A stretch of 60,916 bases of DNA, taken from positions 7,203,502 to 7,264,417 of the forward strand of contig JBNZDD010013703.1 in the NCBI GenBank assembly GCA_050575255.1. Direction: 5' to 3'. Origin of the DNA: Harriotta raleighana. Lineage: Eukaryota. Positions 38,790 through 52,679 of the stretch are shown here, piece after piece (position 1 is the stretch's first letter; each line of letters begins with the position of its first letter). The notes under the pieces were generated by a model. It saw nothing but the letters and a program-made list of their open reading frames with translations, was not told where the DNA came from and made no database searches. Made by a program: the position numbers and the translations under genes.

Positions 38790-40590
38790 GTACAAAATAC
38801 AAATTATGACAAATTACATAAATATCAAATGCACTGTTTTCTGTATGTCTTTACATTTTGCTTCAGATGACATGCATTTAGTCAGCTATGGGAATACTAT
38901 AATATTCACTTTCAAATCAAAATAGCAATCTTCCTAAAGACATTCTGTTCCTTAACTATTTCTGGCAATAATAGAGAAATGTTTTCTAAAATAATATAAT
39001 AATATTATTTGATTTGATATACCACTTCATCAAAACATTACATGTGCTATTGTAGTCAATGTGCATTTTGTAGGCAAAAACAGCAGCCAATTTGCACATA
39101 GCAATATCCTGCAAGCAATCGTGAAGTGAATTATCATTTTTATCTGGAGCGTGCTGACCAGCACACCGGGAAAAAATCCTTCCCTTTTTGAATAGTGCCA
39201 TAGGATTCAAAACATCCACCCGAATAGACAGGGATCTCAGTTTAACATCTCACCTGAAAAATGATACCCCCGACAATGCCGGTCTCCCTTCAGTGTTCTG
39301 TTGGAGGATCAGCCTGGACAAGGAGTTTGAAGTCCCAGCACAAGGATTGAACTGACAACTTTTGTCTCAGAGGTAAGAGTGCTGCCTACTGAGCCAAATT
39401 GTCTGCAACCTGTTCCAATAACAAATTAGAATAAAAAAATAGATTGTTTTTTAATTCCAAAAAGCCTGGAGGGTAAACTAATTGTCCCAAAGTCAGGGGT
39501 GTTCAGTCTCAAACCTTATGTTAATTTAGGTTTACAGACTAATTATTTTCCCACAATTACAGCTCCANTATCCACTCTGCCCCTAACCTCTGGAACCCCA
39601 TCCAGCAGTCCCTCCACCTTGCCCTCTCCCTAGCCTTCTTCAAGACTCACCTCAAGACCCTCTTCTTTGATAGTATCAACAGTCACCCCAAATCCGCCCC
39701 TTTCCCTCCAACGTCCCCGACACCAGCTCAGATCTGAAACAATGACTTTCTAGCACCTTGGGATGTTCTTCTGATGTGAAAGGTGATACACAAGTAATTT
39801 GGTTGTTGTTTTGTACAAAATACAAATTATGACAAATTACATAAATATCAAATGCACTGTTTTCTGTATGTCTTTACATTTTGCTTCAGATGACATGCAT
39901 TTAGTCAGCTATGGGAATACTATAATATTCACTTTCAAATCAAAATAGCAATCTTCCTAAAGACATTCTGTTCCTTAACTATTTCTGGCAATAATAGAGA
40001 AATGTTTTCTAAAATAATATAATAATATTATTTGATTTGATATAGCACTTCATCAAAACATTACATGTGCTATTGTAGTCAATGTGCATTTTGTAGGCAA
40101 AAACAGCAGCCAATTTGCACTTAGCAATATCCTGCAAGCAATCGTGAAGTGAATTATCATTTTTATCTGGAGCGTGCTGACCAGCACACCGGGAAAAAAT
40201 CCTTCCCTTTTTGAATAGTGCCATAGGATTCAAAACATCCACCCGAATAAACAGGGATCTCAGTTTAACATCTCACCTGAAAAATGATACCCCCGACAAT
40301 GCCGGTCTCCCTTCAGTGTTCTGTTGGAGGATCAGCCTGGACAAGGAGTTTGAAGTCCCAGCACAAGGATTGAACTGACAACTTTTGTCTCAGAGGTAAG
40401 AGTGCTGCCTACTGAGCCAAATTGTCTGCAACCTGTTCCAATAACAAATTAGAATAAAAAAAGAGATTGTTTTTTAATTCCAAAAAGCCTGGAGGGTAAA
40501 CTAATTGTCCCAAAGTCAGGGGTGTTCAGTCTCAAACCTTATGTTAATTTAGGTTTACAGACTAATTATTTTCCCACAATTACAGCTCCA
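38546..40590 (+). repeat. Near-perfect 1022-bp tandem duplication separated by one N (probable assembly artefact)
   Basis: 38546-39567 repeated at 39569-40590; I count 6 substitutions and no indels. Confidence 0.93.
39000..39400 (-). mobile_element. Older DeuSINE (SacSINE1-like), duplicated at about 40023-40423
   Basis: Minus strand ttggctcagtaggcagcactcttacctctgag head; caggtgagatgttaaactgag core; gcaaattggctgc. Confidence 0.75.
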
Positions 40591-42584
40591 TTCTTTGAAG
40601 ATAATTAAGGAAGGCAAAGCACTTAGCAGTACCAATGTGTCAGTCTGGCTCAGTTGCACCCTCAATTTTTGGCCAGTGAATTTTATCCTCATGTTGGGGT
40701 TTTGAGTTCTTAGCCCAGGCTGATACTTTCTTACGTTATTACAAGAACACAAGATTCATAAGATTAGCCTGGATGAAGAAAGCCCTTTGGCCCATACAAT
40801 CTCATCCTCCAGAATACCCACACTACCATCCCGTCCATCACTGCATTGAACTGCTTTTTAAATGAATGCAGTGTTGTGGTCTCTACTACCTTTCCTGATA
40901 ACCTGGTTCCATTCGTCCATTACCCTCTGTGTAAAGGAAAAAATTCTGGTAAGTGTCCTGAAATTACCTGCTAAACCTATCTCTTCTTGTTCTGTCATCC
41001 TGATACATCCTAAAGAGTTAACGCAAGTTTACATTTTCAATCCTATTTAAAATTTTGTAGACCTTTACAGTGTACCTGCTGAGTTGTCTACCCCCAAGAC
41101 TGAAGAGCCCCAGGTTGTCTAATCATTGCTGATAGCTCATTCCTCTAAATACTGGGAGAGTGCTGTATTGTCAGAGGTCCTGACCTTCAGATGAGATGTG
41201 AAACTGAGGTTATGTTTGCCTGATCAATAGGACATTCAACATTCCACAACAAGGCTAGAAAAGAGAAGGGAGTTTCCAATGGACCATGTTAGGATCTGTG
41301 TGTCAGCATGGATCAGTTCATCTCTGTGACAGGGGTTTGTAGGTTCAAGCTCGCTTCAGGACTTTGAACTCATAGTCTGGCCTAACACTCCATTGCAGTC
41401 GTGGTGAATAGATCTCATGCAACGACAATTTATGCCAAATAATGTGAAGTGCTTTGAACCATCCTCCTATGTAAAAAGGTGCTTTATCAAATGCAAGGAA
41501 TATTTTCTAGCATATGCTCTCCATTAATCCTTGTTAACATTTACTTCTGCATTTGTAACAATATTTCCTATTAGAAAAGCAAATAAAACGTGAAGTGAAG
41601 AATTCATGGTAAACCCCATTGTATCTGACAATATGCATTTGTGACTGTTATTGTGACTCATTATTCTTCCTTTGCAGTTTTAATGTGTAATGAGTAGTTG
41701 TGGATTGTGTTAGCTTGAATGTTGATGTAGCAACAACTGCTTGAATTTTTATCTTGATAACGTGCCAAGCTTCAAGGTTTCAAAGCAAAGGAAAGAAGGT
41801 GAATCAAATTTAGAAGTAAACTTTAGGTGATGCCGAGTGTTGAGTGTTTAGAACAATTATTTCAAGCACCTAAGGGTGAACAGCAAGAACTGTGTGAATC
41901 ACAAAGAATTCCATAGACTGCACTTAAAAGGCTATTCTACCCAACTAATCCATTCTGATGTTTATATTCCACATGAGAGCCCCCCAATCCAATCCATATC
42001 CTGCCCCCTTACTTCTCTATTCATTTCCCCCCATTAATTAATCAGGTTTTCTCTTAATTGCTTCAGGCAATGAGATCCACATTTTCACCACGCTTTGTGT
42101 GAAAAGAAAACTGTGTAGTGGTGGCTGCCTTAATTGTAATATCCCAGTTGCATGATTCAGTGCTTGTATATTGTAATTCTCCAACTGCAATCAATATGAA
42201 ATTGCATGTATTTAGTGCAAAAATATTATACATAAGGACACCATTATCTTTTTAATAGGGGTCATTACGATTCACATTAGTATTTTATGAGGTATTCAAC
42301 AACAAAATGATTTACCCATTTGGCATTTTCTCAATGCACATTGCATTTTGAAATGTGAAATAGAAACATATGAAGTAAGTGAGTTAAATGTAACTATGAT
42401 GAACATAGCAACGTCAATAAAATCAAAGCTGTCTTATTACTAATGCAAGTGTTTTCTGCTATTTATTATACATCCACAAAATATTACTGGTCATTAATAT
42501 AGAGATATTCCTAGTTATTAATAGAAAAATATCCCCAACTATTTGTATAGAAACATTAAGTTATTAGTATAGGAATATTATAAT

Positions 42585-42760
42585 AATAGCCAGCAATTAA
42601 TAGGAACCCGGTTGTTAGTCGATTGGCAGACTAATATTCTGGGGATAATAATTCCTTCAAAAAATAATAATAATTTAGTTACTCAATGAGTTTATGGGAC
42701 ACGGCTGTGTACAGTTGGCTGCTGCATTTCACCCACACATTACACAGTCAGTACACTTTA
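42585..42760 (+). mobile_element. Long-form SINE fragment
   Basis: cagcaattaataggaacccggttgttagtcgattgg followed by SINE body. Confidence 0.6.
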
Positions 42761-42769
42761 TAGTCTCTG

Positions 42770-42950
42770 TTCTAAATTTCAACCATACATGTATACAAAC
42801 TTCGTCAAAACACCTTGTAATGTCTGCTGAATATTTTTGTGGTATTGAAGAGTGACTTGGAGAAGCTTCAATAAAATAAGGACAAAAGGATACCAAGGAA
42901 GGTTCAGATGAGGAAACACAGATTCCATTTGATCTCATCTGAAGTGAAAA
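42770..42950 (-). pseudogene. Possible decayed Harbinger transposase N-terminal fragment
   Basis: FHFR/M, KLLQVTLQY, ITRCFDEVC (cf. FRMS, L..TL.YLA, SR.V.EVC). Confidence 0.4.
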
Positions 42951-44144
42951 TGCAACATCTCAAATGTAAGACTTTTCTTTACTTTTTAAGGCGTCATGTT
43001 AAGGCAAAAGGAAGATAAAAATATTCTGTGTGTTTACAATGTTGAGCATTGATATAGGGGAGAATGACTAACATTTTGTTTGGGTCTTCAAGTGTTATTA
43101 GTTCAATCTAGGTCAGTATAAAATTGTGGATTTGCATCTGACAAACTGGCAAATTAATAGATAGACAATAGAGAGGAGATAGATTTCCAATTTGGGGTGG
43201 TTTGATAGAGAATTACCTCTTCAAACTTGCTTTTCCTATATAATAGCTAAGATGCGTTTGTAGATAAGACCCATCAACATGACAATTTGGGGGGATTTTC
43301 TTTCAAGAAGATCTCCTGTGTACTCTCCAGTTTCATACAACAGCAACAAAACAACAACTTGCACTTTATATATGCAGTGCAATGCCTCAGAGCACTTAAC
43401 CATATTAAATGCAGAAGAAAAGCATTTTTCACTGTGCACAGACCTAAGATAAAGAACATTCTGAAAGTAACTGATACAGTGTAGTTAGATTATGCAAACA
43501 CATAAAAGCCTTTGTTCAAGATTTAGCTGATCTATAAAAGATTACCGTGGACACAGCTCTATCGATCATGTTGACTTGCCTCCTAGATTATAATGCTATT
43601 ATTTTGATGTCTTTATTCATCATAAATACTACACATCTTTTTAAATACATATAAAATAATGTGAACTGCTGATTATTCTAAAGTTCTGGCAAGCTATCCA
43701 GCCCCCACCCCTGAACAAAACCCTGAATGCATCAGTTAGTAGAGATTGGGTGCAGCTTTTTTGTGATTATTAATAATAATAATACCACAAAGACCTACAA
43801 AATTATTGCATTGGTTCAGCTAAGGCTCATAGGCAGATTCAATGCCTGATTTTAGTAATAATCCAAAAAAGATTTAGGAATCATACAAAAAAACAGATGT
43901 AACATAAAATATGAAGTGCAATATTGTCCCTTTGACACAGAAGGACAGAGTTTTGGGATCTACGTTCGAGAATTTAGGTACATTGTGTTTGCCACAAAAC
44001 AAGCAACATTTGTATGTTTGCTACACTGGATATTAGGTATTATTAGTTGTTGCCCTTTAGATAAGGTGTTAACCTAACGCCCTGTTGGCTGGTTCTGCTG
44101 AATCCCATGCAACTCTTTTCAAATAATGTCATTCACATTGCGTT

Positions 44145-44352
44145 ACTGATGGCCAACCAGCGACCCATGGGCCTGAAATGGCCTGTAGGGCCCACAAGAA
44201 ACGTCTCCTGATTATTCACTCGATTCTAGGTAAGTCTGTGTTCAATCATTTCTTTTAAATTTATCCCTAATTGACATTTATGGGTAAAATCAACACATTT
44301 TCAATCAAGTACATTTATTTTGTTGGTCGACCAGAAAGCTTGGCCCCACTGC
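44145..44352. mobile_element. Possible decayed hAT (Charlie-like) MITE
   Basis: tgatggccaacc...cccatgggcc left end and ttggccccactg right end; TSD not convincing. Confidence 0.3.
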
Positions 44353-44679
44353 ATTAGAGTGCCAGTCTGTGAATTCAAAGCCCTGACACAGGGCTTGAAC
44401 CTAAGGTCTTCTGATTCAGAAATATGTGTACTATCACCTGGTGAAACCTACCATTAATATCTATTATTATCCAGCTACCACTATATAGGAATCTCTGTGA
44501 AGTTGCCTGCTTCCACCACTTCTTCTCCAATGGAAGTCTGAGACCTTCATCCACACTGTCATCATATCCAGGCTTGACTAGGCCATTACGCTGCTAGCAT
44601 GACTCCCCAGCTGTTTCCTCCATAGGTTGCAAACTATCTAGAACACTACAGCCACTGCTCTACATGAAGAGACACTGAG

Positions 44680-44930
44680 ACTTGAGACACTGCCCTACAC
44701 GAAGGGTTCGGAATGAATGCAAGTTTTTGTTGATGAACTGATAATTATGCAAAATTTGGAAACAGTAAAAGTTCAAATTGAAAATATTTATGGCAAAGTT
44801 AAAAGCATCAGAAATACTGGGCCTCAGAAGTGCAGAAGTTCATTTGACCTCAACAAGGAGAGAGAGAATACTGAATATCTGGGAGTGAATTATGAGGCAG
44901 TAACTTAGTCATGCAATTTTTAGAAACTCA
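44680..44930 (+). pseudogene. Decayed Harbinger transposase-like C-terminal fragment
   Basis: LPY...KVQIENIYGKVKS (cf. PY...R..IENAFG.LK.R). Confidence 0.45.
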
Positions 44931-45041
44931 TAAACCAAGAGAATGAAGGTAGATATTGTCATCCCAGAAATGAGCTTCCCATCTAATCTTCATCCAGCTA
45001 TCATCATTTTAAAAACTATAGGGATTTAGAACAAATAAAAT

Positions 45042-45655
45042 CAACAACAACATAACAAAATTACATTTATAGAGCACCCTTCACGTTGGGAGAACGTCCC
45101 AAGGCATTGAACAGTCAGGTCCGGACACGAGTAAGAGCGAGAGGCAAGGTAAGGGGGAGGGGCGGACAAGAGTTGGGAGAGAGTTGGGAGGGAGGCAGAA
45201 GACATGATCAAAGAGGAAGGTCTTGAAACCGGCCTTGAAGGAGGTAATTTAGGAAGCAAGGCTAAAGGATTGTGCGATAGAGTTCCAAAGTGTGGTGGGG
45301 CAGAGGCTGAAAGCCCGTCCACCAATAATAGGATGGGTTGGAAGGGGGACATGGAGCAGACTGGAGCCTGCTCAATGGAGGGGCAGGCAAGTTCATAGGG
45401 AGACAGGAAGTCAGAGACATAGGAGGGGCAGGCCATGAATGCCCTTGAAAGTGAGGATGAGGATCTTGAATTTGATCCTCTGGGGGATGGGGAGCCAGGC
45501 GAGGATGGAAGTGATGTGGTTGTGGAGCTTGGTGCAAGAGAGGACACGAGCTGCAGAGTTTTGCAGCTCGCAAATCTCACAGCTTGTGAGGGGAGGAGCT
45601 GGGAAGGCCGACGAGGAGGGAGTTTCCACAGCTGAGCCTTGATGTGACGAATGAC
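45042..45655 (-). mobile_element. L2 3' end
   Basis: LQNSAARVL...WLPIPQRIKFKIL, 3' UTR and (GTT)n tail. Confidence 0.9.
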
Positions 45656-45742
45656 CTATGACATTGCTTCCCTCCAGCTGCTATTGAATGAAAGTGCAAA
45701 ATTACATTGCATTTTAGTGCCATAATAGTAATAATTATAACA

Positions 45743-46320
45743 TAATAATCCTTGCATTTGATATAGTGCTTTTCATGTCTTCTAGGCATCTCAAAGCACT
45801 TCACAGAATATACTGTAAAGTGAATTAATTGTATATTTGTGGGCAAATTGCGGCAGCCAATTGTGCACAGCAATGTCCCCACAAACAGTCATGGATTGAA
45901 GTGACCGATTTAGTATTGGATTTTTTTGAGGGCTTATTATCAGGTGAGTGGAGTAAGGAAAATATATTAAGTATGGAAGGAATTATAATAATAATCCTTG
46001 CAGTTCATAGCAAATATTGTAATACATTGGCTGTGTATTTTATGGGTGAAACACGGCAGCCAATTGCACAGAGCAGAATTCCACAAATGATTGTGGATTG
46101 AGACATCAATTTGTAAAAAATATTCTTGCCCCCAAAAAGCAATCTAGCAATCAACTAGCACCAGCAACAACAACAAAATTATATTTATAGAGCGCCTTTC
46201 ACTTTGGGAGAACGTCCCAAAGGTTTGAAGAGTAAGGAAACTTTCCTAACGTTTTTCCCCACCCGGCAATTGAACCTGGGTCCTGTCACTTGTGAGGAGA
46301 GTTCACTACAGGACTGCACA
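45743..46320 (-). mobile_element. Two SINEs: headless copy 45743-45962 and decayed long-form copy about 45985-46320 with nested L2 tail
   Basis: Reverse complement SINE bodies; gagtaaggaaactt and gaacctgggtc head remnants. Confidence 0.7.
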
Positions 46321-46499
46321 AATGTCCATTGTTTTGATGGTGATCGGGGGGGAGTGGGCGCTGGGGATGGCTTTGCCATTATTCTCCCACAAATACTCAC
46401 AGCTCAACTACGTGTTAAAGCACTACATCAAATGCAAGGATTGTTATTGTTATTGATGCACACTCAATGGATTTGGGGGGATCTCAGTCAAAAGTGTAC

Positions 46500-46720
46500 A
46501 CGTGATTTGAAGTCTCAATGCTTCATTCGTCCCTACTGAGTTGGTGAGGTTAACCAATATTAGTTTTTCGGCTGCGGTCAGCCACTGATCCACCAGACAA
46601 GACTTTCTGTTCTTCATATTCCCAAGAGATGTTTTCCTATCTCTTGCAGATTTGTAATGTGGGCGGGAATCGGACAACCATGCCATTAATTACATAACAA
46701 TGCAGTATTGCTATTCAAAG
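46500..46720 (-). pseudogene. Decayed PIF/Harbinger transposase catalytic-region fragment
   Basis: Across frameshifts: DS/AHIT (cf. DGTHI), EN..WEY/KNRKS (cf. Y.NRK), VAD, TNIG*P (cf. NI..GWPG). Confidence 0.55.
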
Positions 46721-47221
46721 AATTGAAGACCATTATAAATTACAACATCTATAGAAATCAATTCTGTGCATGGGATATCAGAGGTTTCTAAGATGCTAAA
46801 TAGATTTTTTTTAGCTTCACTGACTCTATTATATGCAAGGATCAGTAATAAATAAAATTGCTAATGATGGTGTTTGTTATTTAAAGTAAACAGACTGAAT
46901 GACAACATCAATACATCAGTTTAAAAATCCAATCTGTTTATTGTATTTCCTTAATAAGTCTTCTTGCAGTCAATAGTCTTTCATAACTTTGTTACAATGT
47001 TACTTTTCTTTGGAATAACAATAAGTGATATATTTTTAACCAAATATGGTAGTTACAAGAGACAGGAAGTAGATTTATATTCATAATTGCCAGAAGCTTT
47101 AAAATAAAACTAGAGGAATGAGTGGCAATTGATATTTTCAATGTTGTAGATGTTACTAAACAAAGACAATAGAGGTGAATGCAATTTACAATAATGAACA
47201 TTCAAGAACAAACTTGGATTT

Positions 47222-47324
47222 ACACAGAAACAGAAAGCTTTGGGAACACGTAGTAGGTCAGGCAGCATCTGTGGAGAATGGAAACGTGAGTCAACGTTTT
47301 GGGTCCATGACCCTTTGCCAGAAC
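47222..47324 (-). mobile_element. PLE terminal fragment with decayed hammerhead-like core
   Basis: Minus strand ctggcaa-a-gggtc-atg-gaccc-aaaac-gttgac...ctccacagatgctgcctgacct. Confidence 0.65.
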
Positions 47325-48714
47325 ATTTTTCTTGTTTTGATTTTTGGATTTTACACAATATCTTTCAGGTAAGAAAAAAAACTCAAAGAACTTCATAGGG
47401 ATTATGTAGATTGTCAAGTAAGGTGGGACGAAGCGGTGAGTGAGGGTGACCAAAAGCATAGTTAAAGAGATAGGATTTTAGAAGGGTTTTGAAAACAAGA
47501 AAAGAAGGTGAGACCTGGGATGATTTACAAAGGGAATGGAAAGATTCAGCAGCTGAACATACAACTGCAAAAGGTGGGGGCAGTGGGGCAATATATGTGC
47601 TTTAGGGAGGAAGATGATGAGATATCTAACACTGTTCATAATAGGCAGCCTTCCCAGTTTACTCAGATTTTAACTCTAACCGTATTGATGGCAGAGCAAA
47701 TTGCATGTTCAGGTGGAATGCCTTGCTATAAGTGCCACTAAAATATTTATTCTAATATACCCATATGTGCTTTATTACACCTCACTGAACAACAGTGGAA
47801 ATGCACAATTCAGATTTGGTTTAAAGGGATGGATAATCAATGAAAAAAAATCAAGGTGTCACACATATAATTTATCTCATATCTTATACCCATCGGATGA
47901 AATCATGTCATGCATCTGTTCTGACATTGCTGGTCTTCAAAAGCACTCAACCTATGTGGAGAGGGGATGTTTCCATTTACCAAAAATGAACTGGAATATT
48001 TTTCATTCCTGGAATTGGAATTTCAATGCCAATTGGAACCTGTAATTAATTCCCAGCCAAATACCATCTGAATTGACATCAATAGCTACAGTAATTAGCC
48101 TAAAATCCTCCTACAATCTTGTCCCTGAATTGTGTATATGATAATTGAATTCCCTAGTCAACAATTCCTCAATGATGGTAATTTACAATGATGTCACCTG
48201 TACTGTGCTCAGTTTAAATTAAAATTACTGCAAAAGAAGCAGGAAACAATGTTAACTTTTGCTATAATATTGACTGCTAGTTTCTAAACAGATGCACTCT
48301 CGGATAATTGATATATACTCCAAATACTGTGATGTGGTGAGACTGGGTGGAGGGAATGAATGCAGTGGGACGTAGGGAGGCTGGCAGAGGTCAGGAAATG
48401 TTGGAGCTGCTAGGATTCCCATTGACTTCCCATTGAATGATACTATTTGAAAAAGAGAAGGGAGTTTCTCTCTGTATTTTCCAGCTATCAGTATTGGTCA
48501 TTCACTTCCTGGATCTTTGAGGGACATAGTCTCACACAAATTAGCTGCTGTGTTCAACTATAAATTAATGCTGTATCAAATGCAAGGATTAGTGAAAGCA
48601 AGAGTTCAAAAGATTTCAACCAAAATTCTATCAGATACGATACCTGAATTTGATGCCTGCTAAATCCAAGATCGAGAGAATCGGTTCAGCCACTTCTATC
48701 ATGAGTCCCTTAGA

Positions 48715-49201
48715 GGGGATGCAGCGATGATTCACTAGGTTAGTTCCTAGGTTGAGGGGACTGACCTATGAAGATAGGTTGAATAAACTAGGGCTGTATT
48801 CTCTAGAGTACAGAAGAATTAGGGGGGGATTCTTATTGAAACATATAAGATTCTTAAAGGGCTGGATAAAGTAGACAATGAGGGACTGTTTCCCCTGGTA
48901 GGAGAATCTATAACCAGGGGTCACAGTCTTAAAATTAAGTGTAAGCCTTTTAGAACAGAGTTGAGGAAACATTTCTTCACTCAGAGGGTAGTGAATTTAT
49001 GGAATGCACTACCTCAGAAGGCTGTGGATGCTCAATCCTTGAATATTTTCAAGGATGAGACTGATAGATTTTTTAAAAATAGAGGGATTAGGGGATATGG
49101 GCATAGGGCAAGTAAATAGAGTTAGGTCAGAAGATCAGCCATGATCTTATTGCTCAAGGGGCCGAATGGCCTACTCCTGCTCCTAATTCTTATGTTCTTA
49201 T
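48715..49201 (+). mobile_element. CR1 3' end, same subfamily as 30235-31765
   Basis: Highly similar to about 31278-31765; ttcttatgttctta tail. Confidence 0.93.
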
Positions 49202-49759
49202 CACGTCCAAGTTTGACTATGCTAACACCTTACTTGTCAGCCTCCCAACTCCTCCCTCCACAGAATGCAGATCATCCAGAATACTGCAGCCAATGTCCTC
49301 TCCTGCTCTAAGCTCCACGACCCTATCATTTCCATTCTCGCCCTACTCCACTAGCATCCCATCACTCAGAGAATTCAATTCAATATCCTTGTCCTCTCTA
49401 TCAAAGCCCTCCATGGCCTTGCCCCACCCTACCCTGCGGCCGCCTAACCCTCTACCAACCTGTCCACTCCCTCCGCTCAGCGGGTTCTGACCTGCTCCAT
49501 GCCCCCGGACCCATTCACCCCACCATCAGCTACTCTGCCCCCATTCCACAACCCTTCTACCTCGACCCTCACTACCTTCCTTGAAGCCGCGCCTCAAGAT
49601 CCGCTCTTTGACGGTGCCATCGGTTACCCCCTTTCCCTCCCTTCCCTCCATCCTCCCCAATCCTGACTCCACTCAGATCTGAATCGTTGACTGTCCAGTA
49701 CCTTGGGATGTCCTCCCGATGTGAAAGGTGCTGTACAAATGTAATTTTGTTGCTGTTGT
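49202..49759 (+). mobile_element. L2 3' end
   Basis: DYAN.LL, QIIQN.AA, 3' UTR gggatgtcctcccgatgtgaaagg and tail. Confidence 0.88.
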
Positions 49760-51182
49760 AACTTAATAAACAATACATTGAAAGGGTAGATGTTTGTGGC
49801 TCAAAAGTAACCAAAATACTATACATTCCAAGTTATCTATAAAACTACCTTTATATCCACAATTCCAATAAAACAATCTGAATACTCACATTGAAAACTG
49901 TGAGCATTTCATTAGTAAAATATTGTAGTTGTCAATTTTAACATTTCTATCAAATAAAATATCTTCAGGTCATGCATTATCCTTTCAAATCACTGAAGGA
50001 TCTCAAAATCTAGCTAAGTCTCAAAGGACATTAAGTTGTATTTCATTTGAGGATTTAAGATTATGGATTCAACATTATAGACATAAAAGCATGTAATTTG
50101 CATACATGTCAATTGTAAGCATTTGTGATTGACAGCCTCAATTTCATCTGACAACTCAAAATGCTAACAACTATCCTTTTTTTCATTGCCTTAAACTGCA
50201 ATAAATTCCTTTTTGACATTTGTAAAATACAGACTTATGACATTAAGCAATTGCCTTAAGCACAGTAATATCTAGGATTTGAAAGAACACTCTCATGTTT
50301 TCTTAGATCTCCAGCACAATGTGATATTTTCTTTTACAAATCCTAAAACATTTAGGAATAATATATTCTGCCCCTGATAAAAACATAATAGATTATAGGT
50401 TCAAAAGTGATTACGTTTTGTTCCTCAGGCAAGCTTTAGTTTGTCAGGCTGTTATACTGTATTTACAAAACAATCTTGTTTCTTCTTCTCACTCATGGCT
50501 CATTCATTTTTACTTTCTTCATCTTTGATTATGTGAAATCACACTGAATTATTGCCAAGTAAAATGAAGACTAAAAAATTCTGGTTTTGTGTTGTAAAAC
50601 CACCATTCAACTTTGCATGCAGATTAGACTACAACATGGGGTCCAAACAGTCAAAGGTGGATCTGCCTTTTGAAACTATTGTATAAACTCAATTATTGCG
50701 TGCAATAAATTGTAGACAGATTATAATGCTAACAAGCTTTCCTTTGAAGATGTGTTCCTTTGAAACTGTCCATTAATCCTTGTAATGTAATCAAATTGGG
50801 AGTAGATTTGGTTTTTTTTGTGCCTCTATGTTTCATACTACAAATTAACTGCTTTTCTAAAGTATTTCTGGCTTGGAAGCTAAAAAAATCTTTGATTTAA
50901 TTGCCTATCTAAAGCAACATTTGTAATAATGGATTTGTATAGGAGGCACATTTGAATTTGTGGTTAAGATAGTGAATAATTAAGGCCTGGCTGGCGGGAG
51001 GTTTGACTACCTTCCATTTTCAGCAGGATACTTGTGACTGAAAATAGTCTAAAAACTGCCATTTGAATTTGGTTATGATGTTAGATGTCTTTTTTCCTGT
51101 GATAACACCTTACCTCTGCATTGTTTGATTATATTAGTATGTCAGCCTGGCACAATAGTAGCACTCTTGCCTCTGAGTCAGA

Positions 51183-51480
51183 ACAACAACACCAACAAAA
51201 TTACACTTGTATAGCGTCTTTCATATAAGGAGGACGTCCCAAGGCGCAGGCAGACTCTGTGTCAGACCCGAGCTGGGGATAGGGGTGGGGGGATTCTAAG
51301 GAGGAGATTAGGAGTTGCCGATGGGACCATCGAAAAGGAGAGTTTTGAGGCGGGACTTGAAGGAGGCCGGGGAGGGGGCGAGGCGGAGGGACTGCGGGAT
51401 GGAGTTCCAGAGATTGGGGACAGAGTGATTAAAGGCTCGCAAACCAATGGGTGGGTCGGGGCACATGGAGCAGGCCAGAA
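51183..51480 (-). mobile_element. L2 3' end
   Basis: aacaaaattacacttgtatagcg...gggatggagttccagag pattern shared with other copies. Confidence 0.85.
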
Positions 51481-52679
51481 GGTTGTAGATTCTAGTACCC
51501 TAAAAGATATGGACATGCTAGATTCAAATAACTTATTCAATATTATTCAAAACAGGACTATTGTCTTGTATTGCAAGAGGGAGGGTGAATAGTCCAGATT
51601 TAGCTACTTTTCTAAAAAAAAAGTTAACATATGTAACAACAACAACCAAATTAAATTTGTACAGCACCTTTTACATCAGGAGGAAAGCAGATAGTGCAGG
51701 ATATTTCAAAACTAAAGTGGATAGTATTTAGATAGCACTGTAGATGGGAGAGATGGATGAGTGAGTTTGATAGGAAATGGTGATGGAGACACGACAAGAG
51801 AAAATGAGACCAGACTGGTGGGTAGAAATGGTTCTTTCCAATTTTTCTTTCCTACTTTACTGTGATTCACTCAGAGAAGTAATAACGCTGGGACCAAAAT
51901 ACCCAGCAGGCTTAATACTGGGATGCTCTACATCCAGATAATTCCTATTAAGACAATATAAATGAATAAAATTGAAATTAATTTACTTTAAACTAAATTA
52001 TTTCTATTCATGCTTTAGAATCACAATGCACAAGTGAGAACAGTGGGTTACACTGTCTTCATCAGTGCTGGGATCTTCGTTGCTCATGGAATTAGCTAGA
52101 TTATTTAATTGCTTCCCATCAACCATGCAATATTTATGCAACATTAAAATAACTTATTGTGTTTGACTTCACATTCCAATTTTACAACTTGTTTAAATTG
52201 ATATTGCAGAATTCTGTTTCATTCCCTAAAATCTGTGCTCATAATGCCCGCACCCATTTAGAAATAGAAAATAAATAAAAATCCCAGTATTTCATAGCAC
52301 CTTATCACATCAGAACATTCAATGCCAAGAGGGGTAGTGTTGTGAAAATATATATTACGTGTGAAAGTAATAATACAAATAATAAACCTTTGATTTCAAT
52401 AGCTCCTTTCACTTCAGGGAGCCATCTTAATTACTGTAAAGTGTAGTGACTGTGTATTTTTGGGTGAATGTGGCCACCAATTTATGTGCAAAAAGTCATC
52501 CACAGTTTTTACTCTATGATTGTAACACAAAGGAAAAAAAGTTACTATACAATGTTATGGTTTTAATAAATCAAATGGACCTGTACCAAAACAGCATAGT
52601 GCAACCATCCAGAAAATGGTTTGAAATTCTTGGTTGTTAGTTCCAGTCTTTTATTAAAAGATTGGAACTGAGCCGAGGG

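Noticed and set aside
46495-46670. Promoter from CACGTG, CCAAT and GGGCGG motifs
   Set aside because: Single scattered motifs inside a transposase-like relic, with no CpG island.
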